Shown here in pieces: positions 18,263 through 28,508 of a DNA stretch of 64,000 nucleotides. Positions within the stretch are counted from its first letter, which is position 1; each line of letters starts with the position of its first letter. Origin of the DNA: Candidatus Doudnabacteria bacterium (GTDB lineage Bacteria > Patescibacteriota > Doudnabacteria > UBA920 > VMFF01); contig JAQBQP010000002.1 of the NCBI GenBank assembly GCA_028286905.1, forward strand, positions 245,458-309,457. Reading direction: 5' to 3'. Both the position numbers and the translations under genes were made by a program. The notes under the pieces are model-generated. The model was not told the DNA's origin, ran no database searches, and saw only the letters and a program-made list of their open reading frames with translations.

Positions 18263-19699
18263 ATGTCTAAAGTTTCTAGAAATATATTCACATTGATCGG
18301 CTCCAGAGTATTAGCCGCAATCCTTGTTTTCATTGGTTATGCCAGCCTGTTCCGTTATTTGGGAACATACATCTCTGGGCAGCATCAATTTGTCTTATCT
18401 TTCGTAATGCTCTTTAGTGTTGTAGTTGATTTTGGTATTCAACAGCTAGTTATAAAAAAGGTGAGCGAAGATAATTCCTTAGCTAAAAAATATCTAGGGA
18501 ATTTCTTCGCAGTTGAGTTTGTGCTAGCTTTGATGCTTTGGGCGATTATGATCGCAATTGCTTTTAGCGTTGGTTACGAGCCGGGTGTGCGCAATGCCAT
18601 AATTTTGGCTGGCTTTGGAATGTTCTTGAATGCGATTACGATTCCGCATACCTCGATTTTATCCGCACATCAAGATATGGAAGTTATTGCCGGAGTTAAT
18701 TTTTTGGACTCGGCAGTAAATGTTGGGGTAATGTTTGCAGCAATTTTAACACATCATTACGTGGTTTTTTTGGTATTGGTCCAAGTGTTTAATGGCTTGA
18801 TTCATATCCTAATTTATAACCGCTTAATTAAAAAATACGTTCCAAAACCGGAACTGCTTAGTCACTTAAGAAATCTCGATCTTGATTTGGTAAAAAAGAT
18901 GTTTGTTGCAGCTTTGCCCTTCGGAGCATTGGTTGGTTTTAGTATCATTTATAACAAAATCGACATAATCATAATTCGTGAAATGCGCGGTTATGCCGAA
19001 ACCGGTTTATATGCCGCAGCATATAAGTTTGTAGATTTTTTGGCTTTCCTGCCAGCGGTGGTTTCTTCGGCGCTGTATCCCTATTACTCTTCGGAAATAA
19101 AAGCCGGGAATCTTGAAGCGGTAAAAAACTCTTTGCAAAACTATACCCGGCTAATGCTTGCAGTTGCCGTGCCGATTTCAGTTGGGGGTTTTATTTTGGC
19201 GAAAAAATTAATCGTGGTGGTGGGCGGAGTCCAATTTGTAAACGGTTACGTTGCTTTGCAAATTTTGGTCTTTGCTTCTGGAATCTTATTTACTTATGCG
19301 GCAGTAAATAGTTTGATGGTTAACCAGCTAACCAGATTGGCGGTAAAAATAACATTTGTAAATATTTTTATTAATATTATCGGCAATCTTATATTCGTGC
19401 CTATTTTTGGCTTTAAAGCTGCTGCGGCAATGACTGTCGTTTCAGAATTGACCCAAGCAAGCTTTTATTTTTATTTTGTCCAAACTAGAATTACAAAGTT
19501 TAATATATTTAGATATATGCTCCAGCCTTTAGTTGCTGCTGCGATTATGTCCGCAGTGTTGTGGCCTCTAAAAGAAAGAAACTTATTTATGACCTTACCA
19601 TTGGGAATTATAACTTACGCCGTTGCTATACTAGCGGTGGGCTTTTTTAAGAAAAGTGATTTGTTGGCAATCAAAAGATTAGCAAGAAGGACTGTTTAA
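18263..19699 (+). CDS. polysaccharide biosynthesis flippase (MOP/Wzx family)
   Basis: 478 aa with about 12-14 TM helices. Wzx-like organisation. Heads a glycosyltransferase operon. Confidence 0.7.
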   Translation: MSKVSRNIFTLIGSRVLAAILVFIGYASLFRYLGTYISGQHQFVLSFVMLFSVVVDFGIQQLVIKKVSEDNSLAKKYLGNFFAVEFVLALMLWAIMIAIAFSVGYEPGVRNAIILAGFGMFLNAITIPHTSILSAHQDMEVIAGVNFLDSAVNVGVMFAAILTHHYVVFLVLVQVFNGLIHILIYNRLIKKYVPKPELLSHLRNLDLDLVKKMFVAALPFGALVGFSIIYNKIDIIIIREMRGYAETGLYAAAYKFVDFLAFLPAVVSSALYPYYSSEIKAGNLEAVKNSLQNYTRLMLAVAVPISVGGFILAKKLIVVVGGVQFVNGYVALQILVFASGILFTYAAVNSLMVNQLTRLAVKITFVNIFINIIGNLIFVPIFGFKAAAAMTVVSELTQASFYFYFVQTRITKFNIFRYMLQPLVAAAIMSAVLWPLKERNLFMTLPLGIITYAVAILAVGFFKKSDLLAIKRLARRTV

Positions 19700-19700
19700 T

Positions 19701-20780
19701 ATGAAAATTGGCATTGAAGCAGAGCGCGCGAATTCAGATTATCCTACTGGCGTTGAACATTACGCTCAACAATTAATTTTAAATTTGGCAAAGATCGACG
19801 CGCAGAACGATTACGTTCTTTATTTACGAACTCAGCCGGCCAAATGGTTTGCTGGCTTGCCGAGCAATTTCAAAATAAAAATTTTACCCTTTCCGATATT
19901 TTGGACCCAACTGCGGCTCTCTTGGGAGGTTTTGCTGCATCCGGTTGACTCCTTGTTTATAATGGCGTCGGCATTGCCTATAATTCATCCAAAGAATTCT
20001 ATCGTTACGATTCATGATATTGCTTGGGATTTTTACCCAGAAACCTTTGGTAAATTTACATTAAACTATTTAAGGTTTTCGACTTGGTATGCTTGCAGGT
20101 TCGCGAATAAAATTATTGCGGTTTCTGAGCAAACCAAAAAAGATTTAATTAAAAAATATAACCTTGATCCCGCTAAAATAGCGGTAGTTTATCATGGTTT
20201 TGATCGAAATACCGAAATGGAAAAAGGTTCCTCTGAAGAGCAACGTCTTGCTGGAAGTTTGCCTAAAAAATTCGTCTTATTTTTAAGCACCTTACAGCCT
20301 AGAAAAAACGTTATTGGCTTAATAGATGCATTTATTGAATTAAAAAAAGAAAAACAAATTGAGCACAGCTTAGTCTTAGCCGGGGGGAAAGGCTGGTTAT
20401 ATAATAAAATTATTCGAAAAATTTCAGAACACCCAGAAGTTCTATATATAGGTTACGTTCAAAACCGTTTTGAGTTTTTGAAAAATGCTGATCTTTTAGT
20501 GCAGCCCTCTTTTTACGAAGGATTTGGCATGAGTATTTTAGATGCTTTTGCAGCAGGTGTGCCTGTTGCTTGCTCAAACGTTTCTTCTTTGCCAGAAGTA
20601 GCGGGGGAGGCGGCAATTTATTTTAACCCAAACAGCAAGCAAGAAATTAAACAAGCAATTTACAATGTATTGGCAGATCGGTCTTTGCACGATCGTTTGG
20701 CTGAAAAAGGCAGCGAAAGATTAAAGCTGTTCTCTTGGCAAAAATGCGCTGAGCAAACATTGCAAGTTTTAACAAAATAA
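19701..20780 (+). CDS. glycosyltransferase family 4
   Basis: GT4 C-terminal motif EGFGMSILDAFAAGVPV. Confidence 0.8.
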   Translation: MKIGIEAERANSDYPTGVEHYAQQLILNLAKIDAQNDYVLYLRTQPAKWFAGLPSNFKIKILPFPIFWTQLRLSWEVLLHPVDSLFIMASALPIIHPKNSIVTIHDIAWDFYPETFGKFTLNYLRFSTWYACRFANKIIAVSEQTKKDLIKKYNLDPAKIAVVYHGFDRNTEMEKGSSEEQRLAGSLPKKFVLFLSTLQPRKNVIGLIDAFIELKKEKQIEHSLVLAGGKGWLYNKIIRKISEHPEVLYIGYVQNRFEFLKNADLLVQPSFYEGFGMSILDAFAAGVPVACSNVSSLPEVAGEAAIYFNPNSKQEIKQAIYNVLADRSLHDRLAEKGSERLKLFSWQKCAEQTLQVLTK

Positions 20781-20796
20781 CCAATAATAAGAGCAT

Positions 20797-22317
20797 ATGT
20801 TTAAGTCCAAATTCTGGTTAACGGTCTTTTTTGTTTATCAAGCCTTCTCTACCGCGCTGATCGCTATCGGCGTTTGGCCTAAAGAAATTATCTATTTAAA
20901 TTTAGGCTTGCAGCTGGCCGCAGTTTGTTTTTTTAATTTAGAAAACGCTATTTACAGCGTCGTTTTATCGACACCTTTTTATTTAGTAATTCCCAATTCT
21001 AAATTTGACTCATTTTCTGCTTGGCGAATTGTTTTTCCGGTTTTATTTTTAGTTTTCTTATTTAAGGATAAAAACTATTTTCAAAATGGTCTTCAGAAAA
21101 AGATTGAATTTTTTAAATGGGACAAATATTTAAAATACTTATTTTATATATTATTATTATCGATTGCTCTGGCGGACAATAAAATTCCAGGTTTAAAAAA
21201 AATCGCCTTTGGGGCGAACATCTATTTGCTTTACGTTGTAATATTTAATGTAGTTAAAACCAAAGAACAAATTTTAAGCTTAATCAAAACTAGCTTTGTT
21301 GCTACTGGTGCAATTGTTTTGTTTGGTTTTGCTCAGCTTTTTAGCTCAGCGTTTGGAAACATTTATTATTTTTGGCAATACTGGGCAACTTTTCCAGCTA
21401 GATTTTACTATGGTACAACTTTTGCAGATACCGCCCTCTATTCTAACTCTTGGTTCACCGCCACGAAAGGAGCCTGGAGTTTAAGAATGTTCTCAATATT
21501 GCCCGATTCACATGCTTTTGCGGTGATTGCAATGTTTTCAATTCCGTTTGCTAGCATGCTATTATTTTTTGCAAAATCAAATTGGCAAAAAGCTTTGTAT
21601 TGGATTTATATTGCATTGGCAATGCTGGCAATTTCTTTTTCAGGAACGCGTGGCGTTTGGGTGGGAATTTTGGCCCCCGTTTTTATACTTGGCTACTTGT
21701 ACGCAAAACATTTTGGCAGAGAAATAATTAAACCGATAGCGAAGCCATTCTTGATATTTTTTATTGTTTTAGCGCTCTCACCCTTTATCCAAAATGCAAT
21801 TAATCATTTAGGCAAAGGAAATGCGGATTTTTTACAAAGAGCGGAAACAATTTATGATTTAAATGAATCTTCAAATGCTGGCAGGATAAAAATTTGGAAG
21901 GATACTTTAAAGCTTTCGTTAGCGCATCCTTTATTGGGAGTTGGTTATGGCAATTTTCAATTATCAGTTTCCGATCAGCAATCAAAGGCTTTAAATTTAC
22001 CAAAGCAATACATCACTGCGCATAGCCAATATTTTGATATTCTTGCAGAAGCTGGCTTAGTCGGATTAATATTCTTCTTATTATATCTAGAGAATATTGG
22101 AAAAATATTCTGGCAATTTTTTAAAAGCCATTATTTGTTCTTTGAGGATGGATTTGTATTTTTTGTAATTTGCTTTGCCGCCTATTTTATATGGCTATTT
22201 GCCTACTCTTTGTTTGACGGTACAATTATGAATGACCGGGTGTTAATGTTCTTTTTTATAGATCTTGCAATTGCTGGGAATATTATTAAAATCTATTCTC
22301 GTGAAAATATCAATTAA
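20797..22317 (+). CDS. O-antigen ligase/polymerase-like membrane protein (Wzy_C family)
   Basis: Polytopic membrane protein. The periplasmic loop FSGTRGVWVG is typical of O-antigen ligase family proteins. Confidence 0.65.
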   Translation: MFKSKFWLTVFFVYQAFSTALIAIGVWPKEIIYLNLGLQLAAVCFFNLENAIYSVVLSTPFYLVIPNSKFDSFSAWRIVFPVLFLVFLFKDKNYFQNGLQKKIEFFKWDKYLKYLFYILLLSIALADNKIPGLKKIAFGANIYLLYVVIFNVVKTKEQILSLIKTSFVATGAIVLFGFAQLFSSAFGNIYYFWQYWATFPARFYYGTTFADTALYSNSWFTATKGAWSLRMFSILPDSHAFAVIAMFSIPFASMLLFFAKSNWQKALYWIYIALAMLAISFSGTRGVWVGILAPVFILGYLYAKHFGREIIKPIAKPFLIFFIVLALSPFIQNAINHLGKGNADFLQRAETIYDLNESSNAGRIKIWKDTLKLSLAHPLLGVGYGNFQLSVSDQQSKALNLPKQYITAHSQYFDILAEAGLVGLIFFLLYLENIGKIFWQFFKSHYLFFEDGFVFFVICFAAYFIWLFAYSLFDGTIMNDRVLMFFFIDLAIAGNIIKIYSRENIN

Positions 22318-23314
22318 TTTACTGCGCTGGAATACTGGTTGGGACGACATCAAAAAAGTTATTGATGCGGTTTTGGCTCAGGATTTTAAAGACTACGAAT
22401 TAGTTTATTCTGAGAACGCTGATGTTGATAAACCAAAGTTGATTGAGCAGATTAAAGAAAATTATCCGCAAAATCCTAAAATTAGGATTGTAGATAATGC
22501 CGGCAACTTGGGGTTTGCCGGGGGCCAAAATAAATTTTTTCAAACAACAGATACAGAATTACTAATGCTGATCAACCCAGATGCATACCTGGCTTCAAAT
22601 TTTTTAACAGAAATTGTCAAAGCCTTTGAAGATCCTAAAGTAGGTTTTGCTACTGGTAAAATGCTTAAGCCCGAGCTAAATGAAAAAGGTCAGCGAATAA
22701 TTGATGGAACCGGGATTATTATTTATAAGTCACGACGAGCGCGCGAACGGGGGCAGTTGGAAGTTGATTATGGACAGTACGATAATCAGAAAGATGTTTT
22801 TGGAGTTTCCGGCAGTGCGGTGGTTTATAGAAAAAGTGCTTTAGAAGCTGTGAAAATTTTAAAAAATGAATATTTTGATCCAGACTTTTTTGCCTATTGG
22901 GAAGACTTAGATTTGTCCTGGCGGCTGCGCCTGCAAGGGTATCAAGCAAAGTACGTTCCAAGTGCTGTCGTATACCACACTCGCGCGGTAGGAGTTAGCG
23001 CAGGTGGCTATAAAAAGGTCCGTGCATTCGTTAAGCACCACGCAAAGTTTTCTCTAAACGTTCGCCGTTGGAATTGGCGGAACCATTTATTTACAATTAT
23101 TAAAAATGATTTTGGTTGGAATTTTTGGAAAAGTTCGCCGCGAATTTTATTTCGAGAATTAGCAATGTTCGGTTACATTCTGGTTTTTGAGCCGAGAACT
23201 TTAAGCGCTGTCCCTGATTTTGTAAGGCTATTGCCAAAAATGTTGCAGAAAAGAAAAATTATTCAAAGCCAAAGGACCGTTACCTCTAAACAAATGGAAG
23301 GTTGGTTTATTTAA
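22301..23314 (+). CDS. glycosyltransferase family 2 (rhamnosyltransferase-like)
   Basis: GT2 fold features (DxD region, YWEDLDLSWRLRLQGY). The ORF-track ATG at 22265 lies inside the upstream gene, so a GTG at 22301 is proposed. Start uncertain. Confidence 0.7.
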   Translation: MKISINLLRWNTGWDDIKKVIDAVLAQDFKDYELVYSENADVDKPKLIEQIKENYPQNPKIRIVDNAGNLGFAGGQNKFFQTTDTELLMLINPDAYLASNFLTEIVKAFEDPKVGFATGKMLKPELNEKGQRIIDGTGIIIYKSRRARERGQLEVDYGQYDNQKDVFGVSGSAVVYRKSALEAVKILKNEYFDPDFFAYWEDLDLSWRLRLQGYQAKYVPSAVVYHTRAVGVSAGGYKKVRAFVKHHAKFSLNVRRWNWRNHLFTIIKNDFGWNFWKSSPRILFRELAMFGYILVFEPRTLSAVPDFVRLLPKMLQKRKIIQSQRTVTSKQMEGWFI

Positions 23315-23315
23315 T

Positions 23316-24185
23316 ATGGATTTATCAATAATTATTTTAGCATTTCGAAATAAAGAAAAATTACATACTACATTGGAAGCGGTTTTTAAATCGGAAACGC
23401 ATTATTCCTATGAAGTGATCGTGGTGGATAATGATTCCAAAGACGGTACCGCAGAAATGGTTGAACAGCAATTTCCACATGCTCAGCTAATACGAAATCC
23501 GAATAATGGCTTTGCCAAAGGCAACAATAGAGGTTTGAAAGAAACCAAAGGGGATGTAGTATTATTTTTGAATGCAGATACTGCAGTGCAGCCAAACGTC
23601 ATCGAACAAACTTTAACAAAAATTAAATCAGATCGAAAAATTGGCTTTCTTGGTTGCAGACTTATTAAAGCAGACGGTAGTTTGGATTTAGCAGCTCGCC
23701 GAAGTTTCCCAAATCCAGTAAATGCCTTATATCGTTTTACGCATTTGGACAAAATTTTTCCAAAAATGTTCGGATCTTATAATTTGTTGAATGTAACAGA
23801 AGACCAAGAGCAAGAAGTAGATTCTTTAGTAGGAGCTTTTATGATGATTCGGCGGGAAGTGTTAAATGAGATTGGCCCATGGGATGAAGATTTCTTTATG
23901 TATGGTGAGGATATTGAATATTGTTATCGCGCCAAGCAGGCCGGTTATAAAAACATTTATTACCCCGCAGTAACTACTATTCATTACAAAGGACAATCTT
24001 CAAAGAAAACTCCTTTTATTTCTTTATACCATTTTCATAATTCAATGTGGCTTTTTTACAAAAAGCATTATGTTAAAAAATATCCGTTTTTTTTGAACTG
24101 GCTGGTCTATATTGGAATATGGTCAAGGTTCTATCTATTATTAATAATTAATAAGCTTCGAAAAAACCCTTACGTTAGTAAATAG
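23316..24185 (+). CDS. glycosyltransferase family 2
   Basis: SIIILAFRN, VIVVDNDSKDGT and FAKGNNRGL motifs. DxD at LNADT. Confidence 0.8.
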   Translation: MDLSIIILAFRNKEKLHTTLEAVFKSETHYSYEVIVVDNDSKDGTAEMVEQQFPHAQLIRNPNNGFAKGNNRGLKETKGDVVLFLNADTAVQPNVIEQTLTKIKSDRKIGFLGCRLIKADGSLDLAARRSFPNPVNALYRFTHLDKIFPKMFGSYNLLNVTEDQEQEVDSLVGAFMMIRREVLNEIGPWDEDFFMYGEDIEYCYRAKQAGYKNIYYPAVTTIHYKGQSSKKTPFISLYHFHNSMWLFYKKHYVKKYPFFLNWLVYIGIWSRFYLLLIINKLRKNPYVSK

Positions 24186-24201
24186 TGTATAATAAAATCA
24201 T

Positions 24202-25413
24202 ATGATTTCAACAAAAAGATATATCACAACAATAGTTTTATTACTTGTTCTTTCCGCAGGAACCTTTTTTGGGGGACTTAAGATCGGTGGTAAGGGTTAT
24301 GTTTATTCTGGTAGCAGTTATCAGATAATTAACCAAAACGATGCTCCAAAAAATGTAAATTATAGCTTGCTTTGGCAGGCTTTGGATGTAATTAACACAA
24401 AATATATAGATAAGCCTGTGGATCAACAAAAGATTTTGTATGGTGCAATTGCCGGTGCGGTAGCAGCGGTTGGCGACCCATACACCGCTTTTTTTGATCC
24501 AAAACAGTACTCCGACTTTAAAACAGAGCTTGGCGGATCCTTTGAAGGAATTGGAGCTGAAGTTGGCATGAAAGATGGTTCGATTGTAATAGTCGCGCCT
24601 TTGGACGGCAGCCCGGCCAAGAAAGCTGGCTTGCTTGCAGGAGATATTCTTTTAAAGATTAATAGTGACGATGCCACGGCTCTTACTTTAGAGCAAGCTG
24701 TTAATAAAATTCGTGGACCAAAAGGTACTGTGGTGGACTTAACTATTTACAGACCATCCGATAAAAGTCAGAAAGATTTTAAAATCACCAGAGAAACCAT
24801 TGCGGTCAATAGCGTTAAATACAAAGTACAGACTGTGAATGGTAAAAAAATTGAGATTATAAATGTGGACCGTTTTGGCGATGACACTACTACTTTGTTT
24901 GCACAAGCTGTGGCAGACGTTCAAAAAAACAAAGTCGATGGCATTGTCGTTGATTTGCGCGATGATCCGGGCGGTTATTTAGATGCCGCAGTTCAATTAG
25001 CCTCCTATTGGGTAAATCCTGGAGATGTGGTTGTTACAGAAAAACATTCTGACGGAACCCAAAATGATTACAAAGGTTTGGGCAGCAACAGTTTAGGAAA
25101 AATTCCAACCGTAGTTTTGATCAATGGCGGCTCTGCTTCCGCCGCAGAAATTTTGACCGGCGCGTTACATGACCACAACCTTGCTAAAACAGTTGGTTTA
25201 AAATCATTTGGTAAAGGCTCAGTGCAGGAACTAGTAAACTTACCAGAAAATACCGCCGTAAAAGTAACTGTAGCAAAATGGTTCACGCCAAATGGAATAA
25301 ATATTACAAAAAATGGCTTGGAACCAGATACTAAAGTAGATCTCACTGCCGCAGACCTTGCTGCAAATAAGGATCCTCAATTAGACAAAGCATTAGAGTT
25401 AATTAGCAAGTAA
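24202..25413 (+). CDS. ctpA: C-terminal processing peptidase S41 with PDZ domain
   Basis: PDZ segment (GSPAKKAGLLAGDILLKIN). S41 catalytic region (VLINGGSASAAEIL, FGKGSVQ). Confidence 0.85.
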   Translation: MISTKRYITTIVLLLVLSAGTFFGGLKIGGKGYVYSGSSYQIINQNDAPKNVNYSLLWQALDVINTKYIDKPVDQQKILYGAIAGAVAAVGDPYTAFFDPKQYSDFKTELGGSFEGIGAEVGMKDGSIVIVAPLDGSPAKKAGLLAGDILLKINSDDATALTLEQAVNKIRGPKGTVVDLTIYRPSDKSQKDFKITRETIAVNSVKYKVQTVNGKKIEIINVDRFGDDTTTLFAQAVADVQKNKVDGIVVDLRDDPGGYLDAAVQLASYWVNPGDVVVTEKHSDGTQNDYKGLGSNSLGKIPTVVLINGGSASAAEILTGALHDHNLAKTVGLKSFGKGSVQELVNLPENTAVKVTVAKWFTPNGINITKNGLEPDTKVDLTAADLAANKDPQLDKALELISK

Positions 25414-25423
25414 TAAATGGTTT

Positions 25424-27319
25424 ATGGTAAATTTTACCGCTCAACAATTGCGTCAGAAATTTTTGGATTTCTTTGCTTCAAAAGGGCATACAATTATTCC
25501 TTCTGCTCCGGTTGTGCCTCAGAATGATCCAACTGTCTTGTTCACAACTGCCGGAATGCACCCGTTGGTGCCATATTTGCTTGGAGAAAATCATCCTGGC
25601 GGAAAACGTGTTGCCGATGTCCAGAAGTGTATCCGTACTACGGATATTGATGAAGTCGGAGATAACCGGCATTTAACTTTTTTTGAGATGTTGGGTAATT
25701 GGAGTTTTGGTGATTACTTTAAAGATGAAGCAATCGACTGGTCTTTTGAATTTCTAACCTCTGAAGCAGGGGTAAATTTAGATCCTTCAAATATTTACGT
25801 CACAGTTTTTGAAGGCGACAAGGATGTTCCTGTTGACCATCAAGCGATCGGCGCTTGGAAAAGAGCTTTTCGAAGCCACCAGGCTCATCCGATTGAAGCA
25901 GAACTTTCTGAAGATATTTACAATTTCGGCGGGGCTTTAAAAATCTTTGCGTATCCGCGCTCAAAAAACTGGTGGCAAGCGGGGGACAAAGGTCCAGCTG
26001 GTCCAGATACTGAGATCTTTGTCGATACAGAAGGTTCTTTGCCGGAAGAGATGCGCGTAAAACACAATCGCTGGTCAACAGAAAGCAACTCCAAAGAAAA
26101 ATGTCATGTAAATTGTGACTGCGGCAGATTTATTGAAATCTGGAATAACGTTTTCATGCAGTACAATGGTTTGGGTGATGGCAAATATGAACCACTTGAT
26201 CAACAAAACGTTGATACCGGAATGGGTTTTGAACGCTTGCTTACTTATTTGCATGGTCAAAATACTGTTTATGATACAGAACTGTTTAAAGCTGCTTTTG
26301 ATGTCTTGCTTGAACAAATAGGCACTGTCACTAACGACCAAGAAGTTAAATCCAGAATTATCGTTGATCACTTAAGAGCAGCGGTCTTTATGGTGGCTGA
26401 CGGCGTTATCCCTTCAAACAAAGAGCGCGGATACGTTTTACGACGCTTGTTGCGCCGGGCGATGGTTCACGGGCGTTTGTTAGGGATGCGTGGAGATTGG
26501 GTTAGAAACATTTTAGAAGTTTATATTGAACAGTATAAAACCCAATACCCAGAAGTAGGCCATGGACGTGAAAATATTTTAAAAGTTATTTTGGAAGAAC
26601 AAACGAAGTTTGGCAAAACTCTTGAACAGGGAATTAAAGTAGCAACAAAATTCAAAGAACAACATCTTGGAGACGATTTAAGCCACAATGCAATTACCGG
26701 AGAAGTCGCTTTTGATCTATACCAGACCCACGGTTTCCCCAAAGAGGTCACCCAGGAACTATTTGGAATTAGAAACCCTGAAGCTTTCGATGAACAGTTT
26801 CAAAAACATCAGCAAACTTCTCGCACTGCTTCTGCCGGAACTTTCAAAGGTGGTTTAGCAGATCATTCTGAGCAAGTGGTTAAGATGCACACCGCCACCC
26901 ATTTATTACAAGCGGCATTGCGAAAAGTTTTGGGTGAACATGTTCAGCAAAAAGGCAGCAACATTACTCCTGAAAGACTTCGCTTTGATTTTACCAACTC
27001 CGAAAAAATGTCTGTTGAGCAAATTGCTGAAACACAAAAATTGGTAAACGAATATATTCAAAAGGATTTGAGAGTTTCAAAAGACTTGATGACTCCGGAT
27101 CAAGCCCGTGAACTTGGTGCAATTGGTTTGTTCGGCGAGAAGTATGGCGATACCGTTTCGATTTACACTATCTCAGATAAAACCGACGGCACCGTTTATT
27201 CCCGTGAATTTTGTGGCGGACCACATGTAGAGCATACCAATGAAATTGGCAAATTTACTATTCAAAAAGAAGAAGCGGTTAGCGCAGGAATTAGAAGAAT
27301 AAAAGCAACTATCGAATAA
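25424..27319 (+). CDS. alaS: alanine--tRNA ligase, short form lacking the C-terminal C-Ala domain
   Basis: Class II AlaRS catalytic core (FTTAGMHP, FFEMLGNWSFGDYF, IEIWNNVFMQY). Editing-domain HxxxH and CGGPH motifs. Only 631 aa. Confidence 0.85.
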   Translation: MVNFTAQQLRQKFLDFFASKGHTIIPSAPVVPQNDPTVLFTTAGMHPLVPYLLGENHPGGKRVADVQKCIRTTDIDEVGDNRHLTFFEMLGNWSFGDYFKDEAIDWSFEFLTSEAGVNLDPSNIYVTVFEGDKDVPVDHQAIGAWKRAFRSHQAHPIEAELSEDIYNFGGALKIFAYPRSKNWWQAGDKGPAGPDTEIFVDTEGSLPEEMRVKHNRWSTESNSKEKCHVNCDCGRFIEIWNNVFMQYNGLGDGKYEPLDQQNVDTGMGFERLLTYLHGQNTVYDTELFKAAFDVLLEQIGTVTNDQEVKSRIIVDHLRAAVFMVADGVIPSNKERGYVLRRLLRRAMVHGRLLGMRGDWVRNILEVYIEQYKTQYPEVGHGRENILKVILEEQTKFGKTLEQGIKVATKFKEQHLGDDLSHNAITGEVAFDLYQTHGFPKEVTQELFGIRNPEAFDEQFQKHQQTSRTASAGTFKGGLADHSEQVVKMHTATHLLQAALRKVLGEHVQQKGSNITPERLRFDFTNSEKMSVEQIAETQKLVNEYIQKDLRVSKDLMTPDQARELGAIGLFGEKYGDTVSIYTISDKTDGTVYSREFCGGPHVEHTNEIGKFTIQKEEAVSAGIRRIKATIE

Positions 27320-27324
27320 CATAA

Positions 27325-28494
27325 ATGCATTTAGAGTTTTCAAATATTCCATTTTTTGAGCCATCGAATCTTTTTGAACCGGAATTAGCCATAACGGCTG
27401 AACCGGAATTTTTGAAATACAAGCCAAAGCTTGTTCAGCTTAAAGATTTATGGAAAGAGTACAATCATTTCAAAAATATTTTATTAATCGGACATGGTGG
27501 CAGCGTCACTAGCTTTATTGGAATTTATCAAACGTTGCCCACTGATAAAAACATTCAAATTCTTTCCACTGTTGATCCGGATTTTATTCAAAAAATAAAA
27601 TTGCAGTTTAAACCTGCAGAAACTTTGGTAATTGCCATATCTAAATCTGGCGAAACAATCACCCAGATAGAAATTGTTTTGCAGTTTTTAAACTACCCGC
27701 TGCTTTTTATTACCCAAAAGGGAACGGTCTTAGAACAAATTGGTCAAAAAGCAAAAGCAAGAATTATCAGCCACCCATCAATCGGCGGTAGGTATACTGC
27801 GTTTACAGAAGTTGCTTTAGTTCCCGCTGCAATCGCCGGTCTAAATGCTGAGAAAATTTTTGAAGGCGGCCAGGAAATGTTTACAAAGTTTTATCAAAGA
27901 AACATTGCTTTAGAACTTGCGGAAATAATGTTTGCGCTTGAGAACAAAGGTTTCGTCGATGTATTTATGCCATTTTATTCGCACGAGCTTTTTTCTTTTC
28001 AAAGTTTAATTGTTCAGCTATGCCATGAAAGTTTTGGTAAAGAGGGTAAAGGCCAAACTTATTTTGCACATGAAGCTCCGGAAAGTCAGCATCATACCAA
28101 TCAAAGGTTTTTTGGTGGACGAAAAAACATTGCAGGGTTGTTTATAAAATTGGAAAATTTTAAAAACGATCTATTTACAAACGTACCAACTTCAATGCAT
28201 AGCATTGCTATCAAAGACGGTTCATTGTTTGAATTGAATAAAATACCGTTATCTTTTGCGATGCATTCTGAATTTAAAGGCACCTGGGAAGATGCCAAGA
28301 TTCATGGTATACCTATTGTATCCCTGTCACTGAGCAGCTTGAGTCCTAAGGAGATCGGCTCCTTTATTGCTTTTTGGCAGATGTTTGCGGTCTACTCAGC
28401 TTTGCTGCGAAATGTAGATCCTTTTGACCAGCCGCAAGTTGAAAGCTCAAAATCCATTTCTTGGAACAAGCGCAAAGATTTTAAACGCGAATAG
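27325..28494 (+). CDS. pgi: glucose-6-phosphate isomerase (short SIS-type)
   Basis: PGI motifs ISKSGETITQ (SKSGxTxET-like) and GGRYTAFTEVAL (GGRYS-like). Confidence 0.7.
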   Translation: MHLEFSNIPFFEPSNLFEPELAITAEPEFLKYKPKLVQLKDLWKEYNHFKNILLIGHGGSVTSFIGIYQTLPTDKNIQILSTVDPDFIQKIKLQFKPAETLVIAISKSGETITQIEIVLQFLNYPLLFITQKGTVLEQIGQKAKARIISHPSIGGRYTAFTEVALVPAAIAGLNAEKIFEGGQEMFTKFYQRNIALELAEIMFALENKGFVDVFMPFYSHELFSFQSLIVQLCHESFGKEGKGQTYFAHEAPESQHHTNQRFFGGRKNIAGLFIKLENFKNDLFTNVPTSMHSIAIKDGSLFELNKIPLSFAMHSEFKGTWEDAKIHGIPIVSLSLSSLSPKEIGSFIAFWQMFAVYSALLRNVDPFDQPQVESSKSISWNKRKDFKRE

Positions 28495-28508
28495 AACCTA
28501 TTTCCAAC

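Noticed and set aside
21296-22003. Small ORFs (21296..21484, 21527..21727, 21800..22003) inside the O-antigen-ligase-like gene
   Set aside because: Alternative frames within a long TM protein gene. The AT-rich sequence generates short ORFs.
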